The notes under the pieces were generated by a model. The model saw nothing but the letters and a program-made list of their open reading frames with translations. It did not search any database and was not told where the DNA came from. A program made the translations under genes and the position numbers. From Octopus bimaculoides (Eukaryota): a DNA stretch of 60,591 nucleotides. The stretch is from positions 177,641,684 to 177,702,274 of the forward strand of contig NC_068981.1 of the NCBI RefSeq assembly GCF_001194135.2. Direction: 5' to 3'. How positions within the stretch are numbered: position 1 is the stretch's first letter; every line of letters starts with the position of its first letter. Positions 39,341 through 50,299 of the stretch are shown one piece after another.

Positions 39341-39735
39341 CAGTTTTGGAGGGTTTACAAAGGTTAAGGGCTCAGTTTCTAACTCTGCTAAAACTATAAA
39401 AAAAAAATCTGATTGCTACATCTTGTAATGGATAGGATTCTATAAAAAATGGATAGGGTTCTATAAAAATGGATAGGATTCTATAAAAAGAAAATAACAA
39501 AAATAAAACAGATAAATGAAACTGAAGGATTGAAATTTCTGTTGAAAAAAATTTAGACTTGGTCACAAATAAAAATATCTTAATAATTTTGTATCTGAGA
39601 CATTATAAAGCTGTCTTGCTGGTTATGTTAGAAAAAGTATGCAGTTGTAAATTAATTACTCAAAATATACATGCAAATATCCATCCCAGTATCCATTCCA
39701 GAATAAATAATAGTGTGTAATTAAACAATTACACA

Positions 39736-39779
<44 letters not shown>

Positions 39780-40013
39780 TTCATTAAAGGTTTTGTTGAG
39801 ACATGAAAAACAAAAAAAAAAAAATCAAAAAAGAAATCCAAGACGTAAAGCAATCAAGAAACTGTTAATGAGGTGAAGAAGAGGAAAAAATAGAGGATAA
39901 AGACAATGTTGGGAATACTGATAATGATGACAGCAATGATGATGATATTAGCACCCTGCTTTTAAATTTGCTATTTGGCTATTTGAATGTCTTTAGACTG
40001 GCATCTATGAAAA

Positions 40014-40046
<33 letters not shown>

Positions 40047-41436
40047 CTGAGAGTAGATTTTGTGCACTGAGATTCATTTCACACACATTTTGGTCATTCA
40101 AACAGTGACTCAAAAGCAACAAAGGCTTACTGATTGTGGAGTCAGACCAACTGCCTGGAGGTAAGCAATATCCTTAATCTAAAATCAAAATCATTGATCC
40201 ACCAGACATTTCTCAGCTTTCCAGTTCCATCTAATTAAAGGAGAGCCTAACATATGAACAATATCATAGTTTAGAGAGTAGAGAGCTGGGGTTGGGGAGA
40301 GTAAAGCCAACTTCCTTTTTTTCAACTAAATCTTGCTGCTTTTACAGACAAGGGCAATACAGATTGTCCTGCTTCTATTCTTCACTCTGAGTGAACAGTA
40401 ATTTGGAAACCTATCAAAGAGATAGATTAGCAATTACTAGGAAATAGAAAAGACAGGATAAGAGGTGAAGAAATTAGGATGAATCATGAGATAAACTTTT
40501 TAGAACTATCTCAATCATGTGACTTCAATTCAATATTTGCAAATATGTGTTTATTTCTGTATTTAGGTCAAATCAAATAGCTTAATCTTGCCAACACCAC
40601 AGAATTCATATGCCTATCAAGAGCACTGCATTGTTCTCAATTGTTGTTTGTGGTGGTGCTGGTGGTGCTGGTGGTGGTGGTGGCAGTGATGGTGTTGGTG
40701 GCATTACTGGTGCCAGCAAAAGTGTTACTGTTATATTATTGTTTTAACTTAGCTCCAGTTCAGCAATAATAGAACAAATTTATGATCAGAAGCATTATTC
40801 CAGCCATGACCATCCTGTTTTTTATTCTGATCTGAAAGTGTGTCTAAGATTAAATTATTTGCTTGGACAGTAGTGCTTAATTTGGTAGCAATTTGGCTGC
40901 TGTTTCTAACAAATCAAGCAATGACAAAGAGGTTACTTCACTGCGGTGGTGGTGGTGGTACAAGTGATGGTTTTGTCAGTAATGGTGGTGCTGCTGGAGG
41001 TGGTATTGTTGGTGTGAACTGAAAAATTGTCTTTGTTCAAGCTCCAGGTCAACCCTAATTGTGCAGACCTAAGAACTAAAGCATTTCAGCCATGACCATC
41101 CTATTTTTTTAGTGTTATTAATGACTGCATTATTTAATGTGCTCCATCCTTCAATAGGATGATAAGAAGGTAATTTGAAGGAGTTTTGGCTGTTATTTCT
41201 AGCAGGTCAAATGACCACATTAAGAATTCAACATTAGTATGTTGTTAATGTTGCATAGCCCCAGATCAGTATTGGCCAATGCAGTAATCAACTGAACACA
41301 ACACGCAGGTAGTTAGCTGAACAACATACAGATCTATCGTTCCTTTTATATCATGTTTTCTGACTTAATCAAGACTTTACTGCACACTTAGACATACAGT
41401 AATGGAGTGTAGGGAGTATAACATGACAGTCTAGAC

Positions 41437-42124
41437 CAGTGGTTCCCAAACTTTTTCAGGCTGCCACCCACTTGGCACCCAGACCACATTCCTAGTGCCC
41501 TACCCCGTTCCAACCACAAACATTGACCACATTCTGCAGCAAATTCAAAACAACTGTATTTCACTAAAACTTAACCTAATTAACCTATTACTCTTTTACT
41601 TGTTTCAGTCATTTGACTGCGGCCATGCTGGAGCACCGCCTTTAGTCGAGCAAATCAACCCCGGGACTTATTCTTTGTAAGCCTAGTACTTATTCTTTCG
41701 GTTTCTTTTGCCGAACCGCTAGGTGATGGGGACATAAACACACCAGCATCGGTTGTCAAGCAATGCTAGGGGGACAAACACAGACACACAAACATACACA
41801 CACACATATATATACATATATACGACGGGCTTCTTTCAGTTTCCGCCTACCAAATCCACTCACAAGGTTTTGGTCGGCCCGAGGCTATAGTAGAAGACAC
41901 TTGCCCAAGATGCCACGCAGTGGCACTGAACCTGGAACCATGTGGTTGGTAAGCAAGCTACTTACCACACAGCCACTCCTGCGCCTATTATTTAGTTTTT
42001 TTTTACATCCATCATCTCCTTTTGGCCACTCCATTATCACCCCACTTTTTCTCAATGCTTCCCCCATTGGATCTTTCCTCTGCTCCCACCAAGAGGGCAG
42101 TAACATACACTTTGGAAACAACTG
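41437..42124. mobile_element. hAT (Charlie-like) MITE with a nested SINE
   Basis: TIRs CAGTGGTTCCCAAA and TTTGGAAACAACTG; TSD GTCTAGAC/GGCTAGAC. Confidence 0.72.
41588..41986 (-). mobile_element. Young full-length SINE family A nested in the hAT MITE
   Basis: Near-consensus copy with CpGs retained. Confidence 0.93.
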
Positions 42125-42744
42125 GGCTAGACATACTGCACTCTTTCTACAGTCCAGTTTAATTCTATATGCATGTAACTTCAGGTGATGCCCACAGTGG
42201 AGATACAGCAAGCAAAGAAGTCACTCTGGGGGGTTGGCGGTCACTCAATTCACAAGATTAGCAGCGATATCTCTCCAGATATTACTTTCTTGTTTTGTTG
42301 TTGCTGTTTGATGATATTTAGTGGCATAAATGGTGGTCTCTTGGCAGCAGTGCTGTTGGATGATGGCATGGAAAGCAATTTCTCAATATTTTTTTTTTCT
42401 TCTCTCTCACCTGCATGCACCCTGCTTCTACCCACAACTGTCTATACATAGATAATCTGAATTGTTGGCTAATTGTTGAAAATTCTGCGTAAACCTAACA
42501 AGAATGAGGAATCAGTCCATTCCTAGACAAGGAACTAGTCAAGCAGGAGATGAGGAACTATTTTTAATTTCAGAAGGGTATAATATCATATAAAAAGTGA
42601 GATATAGTTTTCACTAATATTAGTCATCATTTTTAGTTCTGTAGCTGCTATAAACACCACCACCACCACCACTACTACTACTACTACTAATATTGGTACT
42701 AGGATCACAGTCACAATCATTACTCTTTCCTCCAGTTACCCAAA

Positions 42745-42852
<108 letters not shown>

Positions 42853-43297
42853 CTCAATCAGCTCCACTAATACCTGCCTCAACTATTATAGTTACATGAT
42901 CTAACAAAGAAGATTGTATACTCCACCCTGCTAGATACAGCAGTCATATCTCTCCCAAATTACACCTCCACTAACTTAAAAAGAAGACACTCGTAGTCAG
43001 ACATGTTATGTTTGAAAATAAAATGCTATGATCATAGCTGAGATACCTTTGGTTATCGATCTGCTCTGTCAGAGCTGACCTAAGGCTACACAACATAACC
43101 ATCATACCATCACTTTTATACTATCAGTTTTACAGTAACTAAGAGCATCCCCAGATCTTAACTCTGAGAGCCACTACATGGAAGCTTGCCGTATTAGAAA
43201 TAACTGCCAAATCTACCTCAAATCATACCCTACTGCTTTAATAAAGGAAGGTCGCATTAGATAATGTAGTTCCAAATTTCTACCTAAAAAGATTCGT

Positions 43298-43520
43298 AGA
43301 GGTGCATGGCTTAGTGGTTAGGGTGTTGGACTCATGATTGTAAGATTGTGGTTTCATTTCCTGGACCAGGCGGTGTATTAAACAAAACATTTCATGTTGT
43401 TCCAATCCACTCAGCTAGCAAAAATGAGTAATCCTGCGAGAGACTGGTGTTCCATCCAGATGGGGAATTTATACGCCATGGAAACTGGGAAAAAGGCCCT
43501 TATGAGTCAGCATGATTTGA
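43298..43520 (+). mobile_element. tRNA-derived SINE family D
   Basis: Homologous to 22253-22490. Confidence 0.8.
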
Positions 43521-44865
43521 ATGCATGATTTTACATCAGGAATCTTGCAAAAAAAAAATGCAATATTATATATATATAAAAACAAATAGTAAATGAGTAT
43601 ATGCATATATACGTACAGGTATGTGCATACCGACATCCACCTGTATGTATAGGTGCATATCTGGGTACAGGACATTGCAAACAAAACGGAGACGAGAAAA
43701 CACACAAGCCACATAGAGAACATTCTTCTTCATCAGCTACCCCCGTTTTAACACTGGCGTTTCAAACTTGACTGATGAAAGAAAGCCACGATTGACCCGT
43801 CATTTTTTTTCCTGTTCTTCTAATTGTTGTTCCTCTTGTCTGCCTTTGTATCGTCTATTTGTCCGAATGTTTTATTGTTCTCTATTGCATTTTTGTTCCA
43901 TGTTTTTATATTTATATATACATATAGTGGCGTACGTACACACTTGTGCTCACCTACTAGTAGGTATGTATCTAAATTTTGTATGACTTCTACTCTATCT
44001 TTTAGTCCTCCTCATATTTTCTTCCTCTTTTCTTTTTCTCACTCCCCTTCTCTCTCTCAAATTTCTTGGCCCTCTCTTTCTTTAACTCCCACCTTTCCCC
44101 CTCATTTATCTCCCTTGTACCTTTCCCTTTCTCTCTGATATTTTCTAATCTTTCAATCCTGCTGTCCCCTATACCCGGCCAACCATGATCTTTCTTTCTT
44201 GGCCTGACTGCTGACCACCAACACTTCCTATGCCCATCTCCTATGTCCCTGCTTTAAGGCTTTTACTTCATACATGCCAGCTCAATTTGATTCGTTCTCA
44301 GTCAAAAGACACCTGTTGTTATTTTCTTGTTGTTTGTATTTGTAATTGCGTACCATGTTCTCCATTTTTTGTCTTTGTTGCCATACACATTTGCTTGCTT
44401 TCTTAGAAAAAAATCTAATGCCCTTAGCTTAGAGTTTTTGGGGGGCAACCAGATCGAACTGTCTCAAGTGTAATTGCCCGAAACAGTAAGGACTTCTAGT
44501 AANNNNNNNNNNNNNNNNNNNNNNNNNNNNNNNNNNNNNNNNNNNNNNNNNNNNNNNNNNNNNNNNNNNNNNNNNNNNNNNNNNNNNNNNNNNNNNNNNN
44601 NNNNNNNNNNNNNNNNNNNNNNNNNNNNNNNNNNNNNNNNNNNNNNNNNNNNNNNNNNNNNNNNNNNNNNNNNNNNNNNNNNNNNNNNNNNNNNNNNNNN
44701 NNNNNNNNNNNNNNNNNNNNNNNNNNNNNNNNNNNNATATATATATATATAGGATAATAATATAGATTTAATCAAAAGATTAAATGTGGTACTTAAAATG
44801 TTTGAGGCACCAGAATTTGGTAGGGTAAAAACCAAAAACAAAATCAAGAGATTTGGTGAATAAAA

Positions 44866-45161
44866 TTTGAAGAAAAGCAACAAAAATTCAATAGGTTATA
44901 GTAGTACATACGTTTCATACAAACTTCATTTATTCATGTAGTGAGAACACTACATAAAATGTGCAATGAAAATGTACACCTCAGCTGCATAATGGAATTT
45001 CATTTTAGAAAGTCATTTTGTAGATGAAATTCCATTATGCAGCTGAGGAGTACATTTTCATTGCACATTTTATGTAGTGTTCTCACTACATGAATAAATG
45101 AAGTTTGTACGAAACGTACGTACTGCTATAACCTATTGAATATTTGTTGCTTTTTTTCAAA
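44866..45161. repeat. 296-bp near-perfect palindrome (138-bp arms, 20-bp spacer)
   Basis: 44866-45003 is the reverse complement of 45024-45161 with 6 mismatches by hand alignment. Confidence 0.95.
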
Positions 45162-45170
45162 CATATATAT

Positions 45171-45560
45171 AGGTGTAGGAGTGGCTGTGTGGTAAGTAGC
45201 TTACTTACCAACCACATGGTTCTGGGTTCAGTCCCACTGCATGGTACCTTGGGCAAGTGTCTTCTACTATAGCTTCGGGCCGACCAAAGCCTTGTGAGTG
45301 GATTTGGTAGATGGAAACTGAAAGAAGCCTGTCGTATATATATATATATGTATGTATTTGTGTGTCTGTGTTAGTTCCCCCAACATCGCTTGACAACCGA
45401 TGCTGGTGTGTTTACGTCCCCGTAACTTAGCGATTCGGCTAAAGAGACCGATAGAATAAGTACTAGGCTTACAAAGAATAAGTCCTGGGGTCGATTTGCT
45501 CGACTAAAAGGCGGTGCTCCAGCATGGCCACAGTCAAATGACTGAAACAAGTAAAAGAGA
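45171..45560 (+). mobile_element. Full-length SINE family A
   Basis: Near-consensus head, TA core and tail. Confidence 0.93.
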
Positions 45561-45655
45561 CTCTGTTAGTCTCTTTCATCAAACTGCTAAGTAACACCAA
45601 TTGTCAAATGTTGGTGGAGGACAAACACTAAGATACATCCACTTATATAAATATA

Positions 45656-46819
45656 CAGAGACATGCAGGAAGTAAATAGACACCTTTAATTTTCAAGATT
45701 TCTGATCTAAGCGTTTTAATATGTTTTCAGCGGTGTAGAATTTACAATGTAATTATTCTTTTTCATTCCAGGTGCCATTATATTAAACATTTGCAAAGAG
45801 TAACCATGTCATGGACAAAAAATTCAGCCGAACTGTCAGATTTTCAAAGAGGTCACATTGTTGGGCAATCTGAGACTGGTCTTAGCCAGTGAAAAATTGC
45901 CAAAAATCTTCAAATTCCTCTTGCTGCTGTTAATGCAATTATAGTGCAATTCAAAAGCCAAGGAAAAGAATCAACAGATTCTCATCCTGGCTGACCTGGG
46001 CCCTTGGAAAGGAAGCTTCGCTGTTTGAAGAGAATTGNNNNNNNNNNNNNNNNNNNNNNNNNNNNNNNNNNNNNNNNNNNNAATGGGCTAAGGAGATGTC
46101 AGAAAAATCCAGTTCATTTTGGGATAGAGTGATTTTAACAGATGAATCCAGAGTTGTATTATTTTCAGACAGTGGACGTGTTTGGGTCTGGAGGCTTCCC
46201 AATCAAGAATTTGATTTGAAACAACTCCAACCAACTGTGAAACATAGCGGTATCTCTGTAATGGTATGGGGGCTGTCACCAGCAATGGTTGTTCTGAGCT
46301 GATCGAATGTGTTGGAACCATAAACTCTGAAAAATACATCGAAATACTTAAGCAAGGACTACTTCTGATGTATTCACATGATAACATAACAAAAAATGAG
46401 CTTTTATTCATGGAAGATGGGGCTCCATGCCACACAGCGAAAAGAAATCAACAATAGCTGACTGAAAATGGAATCAAAAAGCTTCTTTGGCCGAGCCAAT
46501 CTCCTGACATGAACCCAATTGAAAATCTTTGAAGCATACTAGATAGAGCTATACGAAAAACTCGACAGAAACTTAACTCTAAAGATGAATTGTTTCGATT
46601 GTTGCATGAAAAGTGGGCAGAAATCCCACAAGAGACAATCACAAAGCTCATCAGTTCAATGCCAAAAAGAGTTTCTGAATTAAAAACTGCAAAGGGAATG
46701 TCAACTAAATACTAAAGTATGTAGTCCTGCCTATCAATTACATTTCAATTGTTCGCTTTGTGTATTAAATAAAAGATTTTGAAAATTAAAGGTGTTTATT
46801 TACTTCCTGCATGTCTGTG
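45656..46819 (+). mobile_element. Tc1-family DNA transposon with both TIRs and TA TSD
   Basis: TA|CAGAGACATGCAGGAAGTAAATAGACACCTTTAATTTTCAAGAT matches the reverse complement of the right end (3 mismatches over 48 bp including the TA). Confidence 0.92.
45806..46715 (+). pseudogene. Tc1 DD34E transposase pseudogene (stops, frameshift, gap)
   Basis: ELSDFQRGHIVG (HTH), VILTDES, PTVKHSG..VMVWG, MEDGAPCH...WPSQSPDMNPIE with 34 residues between D and E, then SMPKRV...AKG..TKY-stop. Confidence 0.92.
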
Positions 46820-46825
46820 TATATA

Positions 46826-47166
46826 TTTTTTAATGTTGGGCCTCGAAGAGGCAATGGCAAGTGACTGAGACCTTTGGCAGTATGCTATACTTGAGAAGAC
46901 TCATCAAGTCAAGCAACATCATAGTCGTGACTGATGCCAGTGTCATGTAACTGGTACCTGTGCTGGTAGCACATGAAAACACCCATGCTGGGAGCAAGTA
47001 AAAGGCACCCATTACACACTTGGAGTGGTTGGCATTAGGAAGGGCATCCAGCTGTAGAAACCAAGCCAAATCAGATTGGAGCTTGGTGCAGCTCTCTGGC
47101 TTACCAGTTCCAGTCAAACTGTTTAACCCATGCAAGCATGGAAATCAGGCACTAAACGATGATGCT
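46826..47166 (+). mobile_element. RTE family 1 3' UTR fragment
   Basis: TTGGCATTAGGAAGGGCATCCAGCTGTAGAAAC...AAACGATGATG, shared with the other family 1 tails. Confidence 0.85.
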
Positions 47167-47731
47167 GATTTCTGTCTACTAAATCCACCCTCAGGCTTTG
47201 GTTGGCCCAAGACTATAGTTGAAACACTTGCCTAAGGCACCACACAGTGGGACTGATCCAGGAGACGTGGTGAGGAAGCAAGCTTCTAACCACACAGCCA
47301 CTCTTGCAAGAAAATCAACATCTTCATTTATAATTTTGGCTGTGCAGGAGAGATCTAAGCTGAACTCTGCAGGTATTCTATCTATGCACTTCAGGACATC
47401 TTATTGCAAACTTAATATGATTTAAAGATCATTTCAGGTTGTTAAATTAATTTTAATCAAAAACTACTGCAAAATGTCAGTTTTTAAAACATTAGCATAT
47501 TTAACATATTTTCAAAATGGAAAAGAAATAACAAGTCTTAATGCTTCCTTTACTTTAAAAGGAATTTCTTTTTCCATTTAAGCCGTCTGAGATATTTTTC
47601 TGTTTTTCTTTTCTCTTTGTTTTCTGTGTTTCTTTTTCTTTTCTTCTGCTTTTTGTATTTGCTTTTCATGTTCTATCTACATAAAGTTCTTTAGCATCTA
47701 AGTTAATTTTCCCTAAATGTCAAAGAATATT

Positions 47732-47786
<55 letters not shown>

Positions 47787-48435
47787 GTTGCTGCTGCCAC
47801 TGACAACTGACCTGTTCAGATGTGTTTTTCATATCACTCTCCAAGGCTTTAGATTTTACAAAGTCTATTCAAAGAATGATTTAAAAAATTTAATTTTGTA
47901 CAGAAAGTCTCAGAACATCTTGGAAGTCTATCAGTGCAGGGTTAAGATATAAGCAATCCACTTTTAGACACATTTCATTTTCTCCTTATTTGGTCAACAC
48001 ACATACACAATTTGTCATTGCAGAACATTTACAAAACAAACAAACTGAAGGTGGATGCAATTCCACAGAATTTAAACATGTGCACAAATAAAACTAAGAA
48101 CATATTTTTAAGCAAAATACATAACTCAAAAAAGAAACTAGTGACAACAACAGTTACATACAATTTTGTCCAAATGAAAATAATTCTGTATTCTTGACAT
48201 TAGCAATTTAACTACCCTAGTCCTTTGCAAGTATGGTATACAACAAATGAATATAGGATATGGAACATCTAGATGAATGAAAAAATACTGAGACTGCAAC
48301 ACTGTGATGAAAACAAGTATTTTTGTTTGAAGCAACCCCACAAGCTCAAGAAACTGTAAAGGTGATCTATTTGAACATTTTCAGAGTAATGAAGAGGACT
48401 TACCTGGTGCCCCACAAGAGAACAGCTAGAAGTGT

Positions 48436-48650
48436 AGTTCTATATTTAAGAGATGAGGAATTTTGTACATTATTTACATTATTTATATATTTAAGAGGTG
48501 AGGAATTTTGTACATTATTTACATTAATACAGAACCCAGGTTCAAAATTTCCCCAAGACACCTGAAGAAGGCTGGAGAGTATATCAGCTGAAACGTTGTG
48601 TTAACAACAAACAAGATGAGGACAAATATCTGTCGAATGTAAATAATGTG
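48436..48650 (+). mobile_element. 215-bp Penelope-derived/retrozyme-like insertion with 11-bp TSD and inverted, duplicated terminal segment
   Basis: TSD GCTAGAAGTGT at 48425-48435 and 48651-48661. The 3' end AATGTAAATAATGT is inverted twice at the 5' end (ACATTATTTACATT). Contains a hammerhead-like core. Confidence 0.75.
48557..48602 (+). ncRNA. Minimal type-I hammerhead ribozyme (predicted)
   Basis: GACAC-CUGAAGA-A-GGCUG-(10-nt loop)-CAGCU-GAAAC-GUU-GUGUU. Stem I is GACAC/GUGUU, stem II is GGCUG/CAGCU, and stem III is the palindrome AACGUU. Confidence 0.6.
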
Positions 48651-49654
48651 GCTAGAAGTGTGTTGACATGGCTGATATATGTGACACAAGATTCACTACA
48701 TTGGGTTGAGATCACATTGAACTGTGTACATCATTTTTAAAATGGAAAACCAAACTGAGTTAGTGTGTGAAACAGATGTTCAAAGACTAACACTGCAAAA
48801 TATGGAATGAAGAAATATGAGGGTCATCATGAAAGATGTGTTGATACTTGGTTCATTGTAACTTTTGTGGTAGATAAACATACAGTTTTGATATGACCTT
48901 TGGTGACATGTGGTTGGGTGGAATCTCTGTAGACTCCATCCAACCACATAACAACTGAAAACCCCAATGACAATAAAACCATTCCAGAGGTATATCTCAT
49001 AGAGCTTGCAGAAAGAAAGACAGGCTATGTAGAGCAGAAAGTTCAACTACTATACATGAGGCAGTGAGGGCCACTTCAGGATTTTCAGCCAAGAAGAGCT
49101 GGAGATGCTGAAGGAGAAAGAGGAGCACAAAGAGCAACACCAGCAGACCACAGAAGCTACTGTTCTCAGTACACCACCAGTTGGAACCAAAGCTATCTTA
49201 GCAGTATTATAGGTCCCTGGGAAAATCAATGCACTGCGCCCTATACTATATATCTATTGACAGCAAACTACAGAGTACATAGATCAGAAGTGGGCCCTTA
49301 GATCCTTGGGAAACTGTTCAGAGTGTCCATGTCTTAAGACGGCACTGGCTGCAGCTCCAGAAGTGTTAGAAGAGATCATCTCGTTCTCCATTCCAAAAGG
49401 TGGTCAAGAAACTGAGAGATCCTCTTTCTGAGCCATGAGCATGGAAATTTCCCATTGTCTTCTGACAATGAAGAGGAGATGGAAAAGGAACAGAAGTGGA
49501 AATGAACAGAAGTTGGAGGGATTTGGAAAAACAACAAAAAGAATAACACCAAAACAGAACATATTTCAGAAGACAGGCAAAAATTGTGAAGAGGAGCCCA
49601 TCTTATTTCTTTATTGCCCACAAGGGGCTAAACATAGATGGAACAAACAAGGAC

Positions 49655-49831
49655 AGACAAAGGGATTAAGTCGATTACATCGATCCCAATACGCAACTGG
49701 TACTTAATTTATCGACCCCGAAAGGATGAAAGGCAAAGTCGACCTCGGCGGAATTTGAACTCAGAACGTAATGGCAGACGAAAAACCTCAAAGCATTTCG
49801 CCCGGCTTGCTAACGTTTCTGCCAGCTCGCC
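49655..49831 (-). mobile_element. Young SINE family C (3'-truncated)
   Basis: CpG-rich near-consensus copy. Confidence 0.88.
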
Positions 49832-49836
49832 ATCTA

Positions 49837-49873
<37 letters not shown>

Positions 49874-50299
49874 GAGTCAAGTATCATTCATCTCAATTTC
49901 TAAAGAGTCTTACAGCATGATTATGATGTTGATCATGTATGCAGACATGACTCTCCAGTATTCCAGTTTAAATGGAATGCCTCTCAGCATCTCCAACTTC
50001 TACAGTAATGGCTTTAGCATTAAACCATACATGTGAGAGGAAAGGATGAATACTGGATGAATAGAGCTGACAATGGTGTGAACATCAGCCAGAATGAGAT
50101 AGTGGATTTGCAATGCAGATCCTGCAGAAGCAACTCTATTCTGGTCAGTAATAACTTCTGCAATGGGACCTAAGGTCAAGCTCAGATGTCCAGGTTTAGT
50201 TCAGACTAGACCTCTGGTGGGAGAGAAACTGGGAAGAGGTGATAGACAGGGTGGCTGCTCTTACTTAGAAATGAACAAACAGGAAACTGTATGTGAAAG

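Noticed and set aside
40106-40160. Exon-like segment ending GAG|GTAAGC (TQKQQRLTDCGVRPTAW)
   Set aside because: Strong donor but only a moderate acceptor; phase is incompatible with the other candidates and there is no homology.
48403-48425. Strong minus-strand donor CAG|GTAAGT
   Set aside because: The putative exon is cut by the 48436 insertion and the pre-insertion context looks like old LINE debris.
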